Origin: a bacterium
GTDB lineage: Bacteria; Muiribacteriota; UBA6191
Assembly: GCA_036339875.1 (NCBI GenBank)
Contig: JAYZAC010000071.1
Coordinates: 1 to 24,914, forward strand
DNA length: 24,914 nt
Reading direction: 5' to 3'
Shown here piece by piece: positions 24,840 to 24,914 of this stretch. The notes beneath the pieces are model-generated. The model did no database searches, had not been told where the DNA came from, and saw only the letters and a list, made by a program, of their open reading frames with translations. The stretch's first letter is position 1, and the number at the start of each line of letters is the position of its first letter. The translations under genes were made by a program, and so were the position numbers.

Positions 24840-24914
24840 TTGTACTTGGCTCTGGTCGATGGGGAGGTGGTGAAAAAAATTGTATCGATATAATAAGAGG
24901 CTTAAAGAACTATT
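24803..24914 (+). CDS. Glycosyltransferase (GT-B, GT4-like) N-terminus, truncated by the window end
   Basis: Not in the ORF track. ATG 24803 after GGAGA (24794-24798) reads MVPNQQTKQNVLVVLGSGRWGGGEKNCIDIIRGLKNY, a beta-strand plus GGxE pattern typical of GT4 N-termini. Overlaps the waaA end by 37 nt. Confidence 0.7.
   Translation, partial: MVPNQQTKQNVLVVLGSGRWGGGEKNCIDIIRGLKNY

Noticed and set aside
1..24914. CRISPR arrays, tRNA/rRNA genes, IS elements, long tandem DNA repeats
   Set aside because: Intergenic gaps are all under 300 nt and I saw no regularly spaced repeats, cloverleaf motifs or transposase ORFs; this was by eye only.

Overview
AT-rich, gene-dense bacterial chromosomal segment from an LPS-making diderm (waaA present); the lineage cannot be assigned from sequence alone. 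Most of it is recognisable housekeeping or signalling: long-chain polyprenyl synthase, two tandem CNNM/CorB-family transporters, trkA, an HDOD protein coupled to a metallo-beta-lactamase-fold hydrolase, xerC, truA, a membrane class III adenylate cyclase, a J-domain protein, pilC/gspF, a large pilin-like protein, waaA and the start of a glycosyltransferase missing from the ORF track. I found no rRNA, tRNA, CRISPR array or mobile element. The best candidate for an undescribed system is the minus-strand three-gene unit at 4273-11925. It encodes two large signal-peptide-bearing proteins (about 1329 aa and 967 aa) that I can align by eye as diverged tandem paralogs over roughly 600-700 aa, including two conserved Cys and an LFDDG motif. 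The larger has an intact OmpA-like peptidoglycan-binding domain, acidic linkers and an unknown C-terminal domain; the smaller seems to keep only a degenerate version of that domain. They are followed by a type IV prepilin-like protein with a TPR head. No searches were run, so novelty is unverified.
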